From assembly GCA_043821365.1 (NCBI GenBank), contig JBDRCX010000003.1, positions 61,727 through 125,726 of the forward strand: a DNA stretch of 64,000 bases, read 5' to 3'. This stretch comes from Candidatus Micrarchaeota archaeon. GTDB taxonomy: Archaea > Micrarchaeota > Micrarchaeia > Anstonellales > Bilamarchaeaceae. The number at the start of each line of letters is the position of its first letter. Position 1 is the first letter of the stretch. The notes below the pieces were generated by a model. That model was not told where the DNA came from and made no database searches. It saw only the letters and a list, made by a program, of their open reading frames with translations. Made by a program: the position numbers and the translations under genes. This document shows, in pieces, positions 39,252 through 48,258 of this stretch.

Positions 39252-39398
39252 ATGGGTGAGGGGATGGTAGGAGATCAACATAATTGGGAAATTCTTGAAA
39301 ATAATACTCCTAAGGGGAGGAAGTTGCGATGTAGAGATTGCAAAATGATTGCTTACGAAGATGAAGAATTTTTTAATAAATATTGTAAGAAAAAATAA
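39252..39398 (+). CDS. 48-aa microprotein, possible Zn binder
   Basis: Manual translation MGEGMVGDQHNWEILENNTPKGRKLRCRDCKMIAYEDEEFFNKYCKKK. Confidence 0.45.
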   Translation: MGEGMVGDQHNWEILENNTPKGRKLRCRDCKMIAYEDEEFFNKYCKKK

Positions 39399-39401
39399 TT
39401 A

Positions 39402-39728
39402 TCAGTATGTAGTATCTAAACATTCAATTGGATAGTTTGATTTTATCGTTATTGCTTCATGGGTGCTTGGTCCAAATAAAACGTATTTTTCTCCAACTTC
39501 AACCTCTACCGAGCCCATATATACTGTTTGTTTTATTTGCTGTCCACCAAGATTATGTCCAAACGGAGTTGCTGATGAAAATTCGTATTCTAATGTTCCT
39601 GTTTTATCAATTATGAACTTACATTCCATTCCGCCTTTTTCTAAGACAACAGAATATAGATAATTATTGCCGGTACAACCCATAAGTACTAGAGCTAAAG
39701 CGATTAAGACTGAAATATATAATCCCAT
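39402..39728 (-). CDS. Putative lipoprotein
   Basis: Signal peptide with VLMGC lipobox; GGTGA upstream. Confidence 0.65.
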   Translation of the reverse strand: MGLYISVLIALALVLMGCTGNNYLYSVVLEKGGMECKFIIDKTGTLEYEFSSATPFGHNLGGQQIKQTVYMGSVEVEVGEKYVLFGPSTHEAITIKSNYPIECLDTTY

Positions 39729-39841
39729 TCATTCACCAGCTTACCTCTCATACTTAAGATATTTAACCTTATTTTTACCTTTGGCTATATGTTGTAGTTT
39801 ATGGAAAGATATTTAAATAGAAATTGAGTAATATATCTGTG

Positions 39842-41278
39842 ATGTCTACTCTCCAAACTAGAAAATTTGCTATTGTGCATGTTACTCATCAACCATTCCC
39901 AGTTAATCCAAGTTTTCTTGGTCAGGAATTTGTTGTTGGTGCATTAACTGCAAACAGTCGTGTTCTCTCACCAACTACTAGAAATACTGTTTTTTCAGCA
40001 CATAAATCATATGGAGATGGAAAGATTCTTGATGGTCAAACGAGAGTAGCAAAAGGTAGGTATAACACCGATTTACTCCCATCTGTATCTCATAGTGCAA
40101 CTGATGTTAGTTATCAAGTTACAGAAGATATAAGGAAACTAGTTGATCTTGGTTTTGAAGTTATTTGTGATTTTCATTATCCATATAGGGATGTTAGAAC
40201 TGCATCTGCTATAGATCAGACTCTGAAAAGATGGGGCATAAGAGATAGGGTGTGTATGTTAGGCCATCTACATATGATGGCAGATTATTTTGTTCACACT
40301 GGTAAACATAGCGATAAAAGTGGACTTCGTGGATTACTTGTTAAATTATCCGAATTAACAAGAACTCTTGATGGTATTGTTGCTGTTAGTGATGCAGTTA
40401 AACAATCATTTGTAACTTTAATGGCAAATGATAGAGAAGCACTGAAAACTGCAAGGTTAGATCATATCCATATCATAAGGAATGGTATAGATACAAATAT
40501 GTATGTTCCAAAACTTCCTGAGAGAAAAGCAGAATTAAGAGAACAAATCGGTCTTCAGGATGGTCTTCGTGCGGTTGTTGGATTTGTTGGAAGATTAGAA
40601 CCAATAAAAGGTGTACAAACATTACTGGGTGTTCTTGAACATTTTAATGATTCAACTGGTAGAAGAGAAAAAGAAGTTGGTTTTGTAGTTGCTACCTCAG
40701 ATGTTCTTTATTGGGATCAATCTCGTCGGAGTAAGGAAATATTTGTAAAATTAATGGGGTTTAGGAGATTAATAGAAGAAAGAAGATTAAGGTTAGTTGT
40801 TGACATTTCTAAATTTACCCGTTCTGAAGAAAGATTCGCGAAAACAGTTGCTGATATTTTAGGTATGTATTCAAGTTCAGATTCAACTCTACTTAGAAAA
40901 TCTCGTTTTTACGCAGGTCCAATTGATTTCCCAGTACAAGCAGCAACTGATATTACCATAGTTCCAAGTGTATCTGAGGCATTATCCCTTAGTACTGTTG
41001 AGGCTATTTTAAGTGGAAATTATGCAATAGCTACTAATGTCGGTGGATTAAGAGAAGTTCTAGCAGACTATAAGGTTGGGACTATGATTAATTTTGCTGA
41101 CCAAGAGGATCTAAGTCCTGCATTTGTTGATGGCATACTTACTGCTATTTGGAGTGGTAAATTAAGTAAGAAAAAGAGGGGTTTAATAAATCCTTCGTAC
41201 TTTAGTACTTATAGCGATACACGAATGTATCAGTGTTTTGAAGAACTTGGGTATGATGTTTTGAGGGGGAACGCATGA
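39842..41278 (+). CDS. GT-B fold glycosyltransferase (GT4-like)
   Basis: IVAVSDAV, IRNGID, FVGRLEPIKG, PSVSEALSLSTVEA, ATNVGGLRE. Confidence 0.8.
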   Translation: MSTLQTRKFAIVHVTHQPFPVNPSFLGQEFVVGALTANSRVLSPTTRNTVFSAHKSYGDGKILDGQTRVAKGRYNTDLLPSVSHSATDVSYQVTEDIRKLVDLGFEVICDFHYPYRDVRTASAIDQTLKRWGIRDRVCMLGHLHMMADYFVHTGKHSDKSGLRGLLVKLSELTRTLDGIVAVSDAVKQSFVTLMANDREALKTARLDHIHIIRNGIDTNMYVPKLPERKAELREQIGLQDGLRAVVGFVGRLEPIKGVQTLLGVLEHFNDSTGRREKEVGFVVATSDVLYWDQSRRSKEIFVKLMGFRRLIEERRLRLVVDISKFTRSEERFAKTVADILGMYSSSDSTLLRKSRFYAGPIDFPVQAATDITIVPSVSEALSLSTVEAILSGNYAIATNVGGLREVLADYKVGTMINFADQEDLSPAFVDGILTAIWSGKLSKKKRGLINPSYFSTYSDTRMYQCFEELGYDVLRGNA

Positions 41279-41658
41279 GAACAGTTGCCGAACCAAAAAT
41301 GAAGTATGTTACTGTTGAGGCAGCTTCAAAAGGAATCCGAAGGCATCTTTCAAGATATGCTAAAGGTATAATAACTTCAAAAAATACTCAAATTGCCAAT
41401 ATGGTTCTTGATCAGATTAATGTAAGTAGGGCTAAATACGGTCAAGAGAAAATCGATCTTGAAAAACTTGTTTTTGTTATTAAATACGTTAATGCTGGAG
41501 ATATGGTTAAACAGGTTGGTATTCCAGAAAATTTAGTGGCATTGGCTCAACAACTTGAAGATGCAATTGACAATGTTGCTGCTGTTTTATCAGGCAATCG
41601 ACCATCTCAAGCAGAACTATCAAGAAGCAAGCCATGTCCTGATGGACCTAGAGAATAG
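41275..41658 (+). CDS. Hypothetical protein coupled to the glycosyltransferase
   Basis: ATGA overlap; 127 aa. Confidence 0.55.
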   Translation: MRTVAEPKMKYVTVEAASKGIRRHLSRYAKGIITSKNTQIANMVLDQINVSRAKYGQEKIDLEKLVFVIKYVNAGDMVKQVGIPENLVALAQQLEDAIDNVAAVLSGNRPSQAELSRSKPCPDGPRE

Positions 41659-41693
41659 AATTTAATTTTAAATTTACTCTTTTTATATGTATT

Positions 41694-42176
41694 ATGATCA
41701 AAGTTTATTTTCTAATTATCCTTGTTGGGCTAATAACATTATCTTCTGCAGCAACATGTGCACAAAAAAGTTACTCTACTTCATGTCAAAAATGTAATTT
41801 CGATGCAAATGGTAAAATGGATCAGGATTGTTATAATGGTTATCAAACTAGTGGCAAAGGCTGTTTATTTGCTGCATATCCCCTTGAAAGTATTGCATAT
41901 GCAGGTGGAAATTGCCCTGCAATAGATAGTTGTGTTGATAGGGTACAAACTTGCAAAGCAATTTTTTCAAGTGGTAGTGATAAAATTGACTGTATGACCG
42001 GAGATATCTCGAATTGTTTTGTCCAGGGAGATAAATGTGTGGCATTGGCTGTTAAAGATTGTAGTAAACCACCCCCACAACAACTAGAATTTGATGCTCC
42101 ACCTCCTGGCTGGTGTGACAGTGTTTTCTTCTTGTTTATACTTCCTGTTATGGCATTATTCTACAATAAAATTTGA
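41694..42176 (+). CDS. Secreted Cys-rich protein with Cys + hydrophobic C-terminal tail
   Basis: Signal peptide, about 12 Cys, Pro linker, ends GWCDSVFFLFILPVMALFYNKI. Confidence 0.7.
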   Translation: MIKVYFLIILVGLITLSSAATCAQKSYSTSCQKCNFDANGKMDQDCYNGYQTSGKGCLFAAYPLESIAYAGGNCPAIDSCVDRVQTCKAIFSSGSDKIDCMTGDISNCFVQGDKCVALAVKDCSKPPPQQLEFDAPPPGWCDSVFFLFILPVMALFYNKI

Positions 42177-42192
42177 AACAGGTTATATAAAA

Positions 42193-42363
42193 ATGAAAAA
42201 ATTCGAAGTTCCATGTGAGAAATGTGGTTCAAAAATAATAATTGAACCATGTTGTGGTGCCACTATGCACAGTGTAAGGCCCATTTGTACAAAATGCGGA
42301 GGAAAAAATTATTATAGGCCATGCGGTAGATTAAATAAGATGAATGAAGTTAAGGAGAAATAG
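42193..42363 (+). CDS. Zinc-ribbon microprotein
   Basis: CEKCG...CTKCGG; ATG 42193. Confidence 0.65.
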   Translation: MKKFEVPCEKCGSKIIIEPCCGATMHSVRPICTKCGGKNYYRPCGRLNKMNEVKEK

Positions 42364-42371
42364 TGGTTTTA

Positions 42372-42524
42372 ATGGGATTAAGTAAAAAAGATTTGAATAG
42401 AAAAAGAGCAAATATAAAACACAGAATAGATGAACTTGAAGCAAAGGCCAAGATGGATCCACTTAAACGGAATAAATCAGTTCATGAAGAACTTGCACAG
42501 TTGAAAAAGAAATTAGGCGAATAA
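42372..42524 (+). CDS. 50-aa basic coiled-coil microprotein
   Basis: Manual translation MGLSKKDLNRKRANIKHRIDELEAKAKMDPLKRNKSVHEELAQLKKKLGE; GTGG upstream. Confidence 0.7.
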   Translation: MGLSKKDLNRKRANIKHRIDELEAKAKMDPLKRNKSVHEELAQLKKKLGE

Positions 42525-42607
42525 CTCAAGAGAATAGGCAGGTTTAAATATAGTAACCTATCATGTTTAATCAAATATAAAGGTGTAATTAAATAAAGGT
42601 GTAATAA

Positions 42608-42748
42608 ATGGGATTCGAAGATAACGACAGACCAATGTATGATGCTACCTGCGCAAAATGCGGGCAAGCATGTAAAGTACCGTTTAAACCAACGGAAGGA
42701 AGGCCAGTTTATTGTAGAAATTGCTACAAGCCAAAATCACGATTCTGA
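42608..42748 (+). CDS. CxxC-x17-CxxC domain microprotein
   Basis: Manual translation MGFEDNDRPMYDATCAKCGQACKVPFKPTEGRPVYCRNCYKPKSRF; AGGTG ribosome-binding site. Confidence 0.85.
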   Translation: MGFEDNDRPMYDATCAKCGQACKVPFKPTEGRPVYCRNCYKPKSRF

Positions 42749-43224
42749 AATTATTTACTTAATGTAAGAATTGTTCTTTATTTTTTTATTTTTATAATTT
42801 AACTAATTTTTTGACAATCTACTAATATTAGCATTCTAGTTTAAAACTAAAATTATTTTAGAAATACTAAAAGAGTTTTATTCTGATGTTTTATTGGATA
42901 AAAAACAAAGTTGGTAAAAAATCTAAATAGTTTTATATTAATCACTATTGAAATAAAACCTGAAAAAAGAAATGATTAAAAATACCTTTTCAGTAAACCA
43001 CTAAACTAAAAACACTGTTACGGTAACCTGAAAATCATTCAAAAATAGCAAAAGTCATTTTTTTGGCTAGTTTACTAGCTGGAAGCTAACTTCCGTGTGC
43101 CATATTCATCATATCATACTGTTATTGTAAACCATGAGACTAATTTTGTTTAACTACTCGGTTCTATGGTTTACTTATAGAGTAATTATACAGCTAAAGT
43201 GGTTTACTTTAACGATATTAATTA

Positions 43225-43518
43225 CTATTTTACTTTCTCAACAATTTTTATCTTGTGTTCTTGTGAATATTTTCTTGCTTCTGATTCATCATCAAATATT
43301 TTTTTTATTACGTAACCAGTATAAGTTGGTTTTCCATCAATCATCAAGTGCGCTAGTGGCTGAGCTATAACTTCTCCGGTTTGTGCAAATCTTAACTCCA
43401 AAGATAAGAGCATGAATCTCTCACCTTGAATTTCAGCTTCTTTACATTTCAGACATGAATCAGGGCCGATAGTACAGTGACTATCCTTTATTTTTGTAAT
43501 TACTTGTTCATCTTCCAT
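43225..43518 (-). CDS. Hypothetical protein
   Basis: 97-aa ORF with GGAGTTG upstream; C-x5-C-x2-C. Confidence 0.55.
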   Translation of the reverse strand: MEDEQVITKIKDSHCTIGPDSCLKCKEAEIQGERFMLLSLELRFAQTGEVIAQPLAHLMIDGKPTYTGYVIKKIFDDESEARKYSQEHKIKIVEKVK

Positions 43519-43597
43519 TTATCTTCAACTCCCATTAATGTTTCAAAACGTAGGTTACTTAGCAAGCAATTAAATACTTATTTTTTGAATAGTTTTT

Positions 43598-44029
43598 ATG
43601 GATTTAAAAACTATCTTTCCTATTGTTCGTGTGCCTTTGATTCTTTTGACAGCTTTAACTTGTATTGGTGTATTGATAAATTTTCTTGATAATTTTCTGA
43701 TAATTGCAGGATGGTGGGGGTTTGTCATTCTTTTATGTGCAGTTTGTGCAATTTGGGCAGGGTATCAGTCTGCTAGTAAAAAATTATCAACTATGGACAG
43801 TATTATCTCTGGTGCAATTGTCTGGATTGTTCCTGGTTCAGTTGGTTTATTTATTAGTGGAATAAATACATTCATCAATGCTTTGCTCTGGGGCGCACTA
43901 GAAGGTTATGAAGTTTTAGCATTTTTTGGTGGTTTTCTTATTATTATTGTATTCATAGTAATTGGAGCAGTGCTATTCGGAATATTAGGGTATGTTGGTA
44001 GTTTTATTAAAACTTTTATTAAAAAATAG
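43598..44029 (+). CDS. Integral membrane protein (4 TM)
   Basis: Hydrophobic Gly-rich helices; resembles 59545-60069. Confidence 0.7.
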   Translation: MDLKTIFPIVRVPLILLTALTCIGVLINFLDNFLIIAGWWGFVILLCAVCAIWAGYQSASKKLSTMDSIISGAIVWIVPGSVGLFISGINTFINALLWGALEGYEVLAFFGGFLIIIVFIVIGAVLFGILGYVGSFIKTFIKK

Positions 44030-45073
44030 TTATTGATTTGGTGTAGTTTCACTTACTTTCATAAACGAAAGTTGGACATCTGGGATGAGTTCAATGACTT
44101 TAGCATCATTTCTTTTTGATTGTAATAGCTCTTCCAATCTCTCAACATTTGCTTTTGGTGCTAATTTTGCTAGAGTTACTGCAAGTAAGTATCTTGATTT
44201 CTGTGGTTTTATGTCACTACATTCTGCTTCAAGATAATCTCTATAGAACCAAATCAAAAGTTTTGCGGTTTCTTTTGAACCTATACCTGCTTTTTCATCT
44301 CGTATAAGTGGCCGTAAACAAAACATTAAAGATTCTGGTTCAAATGGCTCTCCTTGTGCAGCAGCTTCTTGTCTTTCTTGATCTGTTGCCATTATTGGAA
44401 GTAGGTATTCCAATGGTTCTCCATCAGTAGTTTGAATAGCTCGTATTCTTGAAATATTATCATGGAATGTTGGCCTAATCACATTCCTCATTCTTCCTTC
44501 TTCACCATCAATAGAAGGATCAATTCTCTCTATTTCACCCATAACGTATTCTGCATCTTGGCCAACAGTTTCCCTTGCTCTTATATTTGAATTTAAAACT
44601 GCTCTTGACATTAAAGAATCGGCAACTCTGCCCAATCTATGGTCTTTATCTACTACGACTATGTTATGCATAACTAGATTCACATCTTGACAATAACTGT
44701 ATAGTGATGCACCAATTACTTTACCATCATTTCCTACTGCTACATCAACAAACCAATTTGCACTATATCTATCATAAAAATATCTTCTGTACTGAGCCTC
44801 GTTTTCTATCTCACTTGCAGGAAAATTATCTTGTAAAAGTTTAAGCATTCCTTGAAAAAGTTTTTCACCTTCTACTTTTCCTTGTTCTTTAACTTTTTTC
44901 TTATTACTAGCAACATTAGATGCATCTAGTCTAACTACTCTAAAATCAATACCTTCGATAAGTCTGGTTTTGGTTCCCCTCAATCTATCAATCATGGCTG
45001 GTCTCTCTATTCTATCAGTAGGACTAATATTGATTGGTCTACCTACAATTAAATCGTGTTTTATTCCACCCAT
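44030..45073 (-). CDS. Orphan GNAT-fold acetyltransferase-like protein
   Basis: GKVIGASLY...IVVVDKDHRLGRVADSLM resembles GNAT motif A. Confidence 0.55.
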   Translation of the reverse strand: MGGIKHDLIVGRPINISPTDRIERPAMIDRLRGTKTRLIEGIDFRVVRLDASNVASNKKKVKEQGKVEGEKLFQGMLKLLQDNFPASEIENEAQYRRYFYDRYSANWFVDVAVGNDGKVIGASLYSYCQDVNLVMHNIVVVDKDHRLGRVADSLMSRAVLNSNIRARETVGQDAEYVMGEIERIDPSIDGEEGRMRNVIRPTFHDNISRIRAIQTTDGEPLEYLLPIMATDQERQEAAAQGEPFEPESLMFCLRPLIRDEKAGIGSKETAKLLIWFYRDYLEAECSDIKPQKSRYLLAVTLAKLAPKANVERLEELLQSKRNDAKVIELIPDVQLSFMKVSETTPNQ

Positions 45074-45226
45074 AAGTATCACTGTTATGTTATAATAAAT
45101 GTATATTTAAGGATATATTTAAGCATATATGGAAAGAATCCAATATTCTTTTAGAAATTCTAAAAGACTTTTATAAATGATCATAATACCTATCAATTTA
45201 TTAATCAAATCCGCTGCATATTATTT

Positions 45227-46225
45227 ATGAAAGTAACAGCTTTAGCTAATTCAAACATTGCCATTCTAAAATATTGGGGGAAAAGAGATTATCAATTAAA
45301 TCTACCAACAAATAGCAGCATTTCTTTTACTATGGATGATCAACTCCAGACAATAACTACTGTGGAAACAAATGAGAGCCTAACAAGAGATGAACTATAT
45401 ATAAATGATCAACCAGCGTCTGAAAAAGAAACAGAAAGAGCTATTGCATTCATGGATATTATAAGAAAAATGGCAAAAACAACTACACGAGCAAGTATAT
45501 ATTCGAAAAATAGTTTTCCTAAATCTGCCGGTATGGCGTCTTCTGCATCTGGTTTTGCAGCTTTGGCTGGTGCAGGATCAAAAGCATATGGATTAGAATT
45601 AAATAATAAGGAAATCTCAATTCTCGCACGACAGGGAAGTGGCTCTGCAGCAAGATCTGTTTTCGGTGGTGCAGTGGAATGGAAAGCAGGTACAGAGCAA
45701 AATGGCCTAGATTCATACGCAGTTCAACTTTCATCATCTGAAAAATGGAAACATCTACGCAATGTAATTGCCATAAGTTCAGAGGGTGAAAAACGAGTTA
45801 GTTCAGTTGAGGGTATGAAGAGGATTCCATCATCAGAATTATTTCCATCCAGACTAAAAGGAATGAAAAACCGGTTGAAAAATGTTCGCGAAGCAATTAA
45901 TGAGGGAAACTTTGAAAAAATGGCAGTTAGTATTATGCGAGATAGCAATAACATGCATGCAATTATGTTAGAATCATGGCCACCTGCATTATATCTCTCC
46001 GGAACATCTTTTGAAATCATACAAAAAATCCATGATTTAAATGATTCACATGGCAAACAAATTGCTGCTTACACATTTGATGCAGGGCCAAATGCACACA
46101 TTTATACTACTGAAAAATTTGTAAAAGAAGTAGAAAAGATATTGACTGAAACTGAAGGAGTAAAAAGAACAATTATATGTGGTATTGGTGAAGGACTTAG
46201 ATTTGTAGACAATCATCTAAAGTAA
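45227..46225 (+). CDS. mvaD: (Di)phosphomevalonate decarboxylase, GHMP kinase fold
   Basis: NIAILKYWGK, GMASSASGFAA, GSGSAARS, YTFDAGPN. Confidence 0.9.
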   Translation: MKVTALANSNIAILKYWGKRDYQLNLPTNSSISFTMDDQLQTITTVETNESLTRDELYINDQPASEKETERAIAFMDIIRKMAKTTTRASIYSKNSFPKSAGMASSASGFAALAGAGSKAYGLELNNKEISILARQGSGSAARSVFGGAVEWKAGTEQNGLDSYAVQLSSSEKWKHLRNVIAISSEGEKRVSSVEGMKRIPSSELFPSRLKGMKNRLKNVREAINEGNFEKMAVSIMRDSNNMHAIMLESWPPALYLSGTSFEIIQKIHDLNDSHGKQIAAYTFDAGPNAHIYTTEKFVKEVEKILTETEGVKRTIICGIGEGLRFVDNHLK

Positions 46226-46551
46226 TCATTTCTTCTTTTTCTTTGTTGATTTTTTCGGTTTCTTTTTTGTGCCTTTTTAACTTTTGCAGTTTTTTTAGGT
46301 TTGGATGGTTTTTTCTTTGTTTTGGGTGTTTTAAATTTAATTGGTACTTTTGAAGCTTCTTGTATTTTTTTATTTTGTAATGCTTGGTGGAATTTCTCGT
46401 CAAGTTCAATTACTATTCTTTCGTAATCAGTTCCAGTTACAAACATAGTTGACCTATTGCCACATCGAGAGCAAACAAAACTGCCACCAATGCTGTCAAT
46501 TGGCCTTGGCATCTTTCCACAACCGGAACATATTTCGATTGTGTCTTCCAT
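46213..46551 (-). CDS. Zinc-ribbon protein with Lys-rich tail
   Basis: EICSGCG...FVCSRCG; K-rich C-terminus. Confidence 0.7.
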   Translation of the reverse strand: MEDTIEICSGCGKMPRPIDSIGGSFVCSRCGNRSTMFVTGTDYERIVIELDEKFHQALQNKKIQEASKVPIKFKTPKTKKKPSKPKKTAKVKKAQKRNRKNQQRKRRNDYFR

Positions 46552-46600
46552 GGGACAATATCACCAGTAGGGTATTTATTGTTTACTACTATCACAAATC

Positions 46601-46759
46601 TTATTCTTTTGCTGCACCCATCTTGACCATTTTTTTGAACATATTCAGAGGCACAACCACGGATATCTCAGATCCACACTCAGAACATCGAAAACTCTCG
46701 CTATCCTCTTTTGATATCCTACCGCAATTAGCACATATTTCCACTGTATTTTTTACCAG
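46601..46759 (-). CDS. 52-aa zinc-ribbon microprotein, paralog of the downstream gene, putative CTG start
   Basis: Manual translation (L/M)VKNTVEICANCGRISKEDSESFRCSECGSEISVVVPLNMFKKMVKMGAAKE; GGTGAATTT precedes CTG. Confidence 0.7.
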   Translation of the reverse strand: MVKNTVEICANCGRISKEDSESFRCSECGSEISVVVPLNMFKKMVKMGAAKE

Positions 46760-46767
46760 AAATTCAC

Positions 46768-47784
46768 CTATTCAAACATCTTAGCAAAATCCCATTTTTT
46801 TCTATTTTTCCAATTACCCTTGTGATAAGCATAGCTTGCCATTAATGGAAGTACAGAGGTAGCTTCTGCATATACCATCTGTTCATATGTTGTGTCAACT
46901 TTACCCCAAGAACTTGCTTCTTTTAATGTTGAACTTGAACATGCACCATCCCTTACGTCTGCAACAGTAATCTGTATAGCATATTTATGCATTGGAACTT
47001 CTTTTCCAAGAATTTCAGCACAGACAACGGTGTCCTGTGCAAAATTTTTCGGAACGCCACCACCGACCATTAACAGACCACTTGTTGGTGCATTCATCTT
47101 AATCTTTGTTAATTCGTAAAAATCACGTACTGAATCAATGGTGATATGATTTTCGGGGTGGGTATGTTGGTGTAATACAAGTCCAAAACCAGCACTTGAA
47201 TCTGAAAATGCAGGACAGAAAATTGGTACATTATGCTCATAAGCCAACTGTACTAAGGATTCTTTTTTCTTTGAATGTTTCACTAAGTATTTGCCCATTT
47301 CTTTGATAAATTCCCTCGAAGAATATGGTTTTGGTGGTAAAGAATCTGCGATTTTTGTTATTGTCTTATCACATTCCTGCAATTCTTCTTCGTTAATAAA
47401 CGTGTCATAAATCCTATCAATATAATTTTCTCTTAGAACATTATCATCGACATGGGGGGTACCGACATAATGTTTGAAACCAAGTGCTTCGAAGAAATCC
47501 ATATCTACAATACTTGCACCAGTTGCAACAATTGCATCAACCATATTATGTTTTACCATATCTGCATAAACTTGCATACAACCGCCTGCGCTTGTGCTTC
47601 CAGCTAACGTCAGTATGATTGCACATTCTTTCTCCTTCAGCATCATATCATAGATCTGTGTTGCCCTGCCAAGATCTCTTGAGGTAAATGACATTTTAGC
47701 CATTGATTCAACGATGTTGGTCGCATCAAATTTTTTGAAATCAATATGTTCTACTGTTGATTTTAGATAATCATTTTTAGTCAC
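46768..47784 (-). CDS. Deoxyhypusine synthase-like protein (possibly homospermidine synthase)
   Basis: TLAGST, ATGA, PAFSDSSAG, GGGVPKNF, DGACSSSTLKEASSWGK with the catalytic Lys. Confidence 0.85.
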   Translation of the reverse strand: MTKNDYLKSTVEHIDFKKFDATNIVESMAKMSFTSRDLGRATQIYDMMLKEKECAIILTLAGSTSAGGCMQVYADMVKHNMVDAIVATGASIVDMDFFEALGFKHYVGTPHVDDNVLRENYIDRIYDTFINEEELQECDKTITKIADSLPPKPYSSREFIKEMGKYLVKHSKKKESLVQLAYEHNVPIFCPAFSDSSAGFGLVLHQHTHPENHITIDSVRDFYELTKIKMNAPTSGLLMVGGGVPKNFAQDTVVCAEILGKEVPMHKYAIQITVADVRDGACSSSTLKEASSWGKVDTTYEQMVYAEATSVLPLMASYAYHKGNWKNRKKWDFAKMFE

Positions 47785-47818
47785 AATATCACCTTCTCAT
47801 AGATTAGTAGAATAGATT

Positions 47819-48208
47819 TTAAAGCGCATTTCTGATAATATCTGCTATCTTTATTAATTCTTCATCATCTGCTTTTTTTGCACGGGCTGGATGCAATTCA
47901 CCGCCTTCGTTTATTGGAACAAGGTGGATGTGAATATGTGGAACTAGGAATCCTTCGACAACCATCCCTATCCTCTTTGCTCCCGTTGCTTTTTTTATTA
48001 CATTTGATAGGTTTTTTGCAGATTTTAGGAGCTCTTGGTAAGATAAATCATCAAGATCAAAAATATATTCTCCGTGTTTTTTTGGTATTAAAAGAACATG
48101 CCCTGGATTAATTGGATTTATATCTAAAAATGCAAAATGAGATTGATTTTCCCATATTTTATGAGATGGTATCTGCTCATCTATTATTTTACAAAATATA
48201 CAATTCAT
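47819..48208 (-). CDS. HIT family hydrolase
   Basis: CIFCKI, FLDINPINPGHVLLIPK, VPHIHIHLVP. Confidence 0.92.
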   Translation of the reverse strand: MNCIFCKIIDEQIPSHKIWENQSHFAFLDINPINPGHVLLIPKKHGEYIFDLDDLSYQELLKSAKNLSNVIKKATGAKRIGMVVEGFLVPHIHIHLVPINEGGELHPARAKKADDEELIKIADIIRNAL

Positions 48209-48258
48209 GTATTCATATCAATCATGAAGTATATAAAATTTAGCTGTATTTCACCTTT

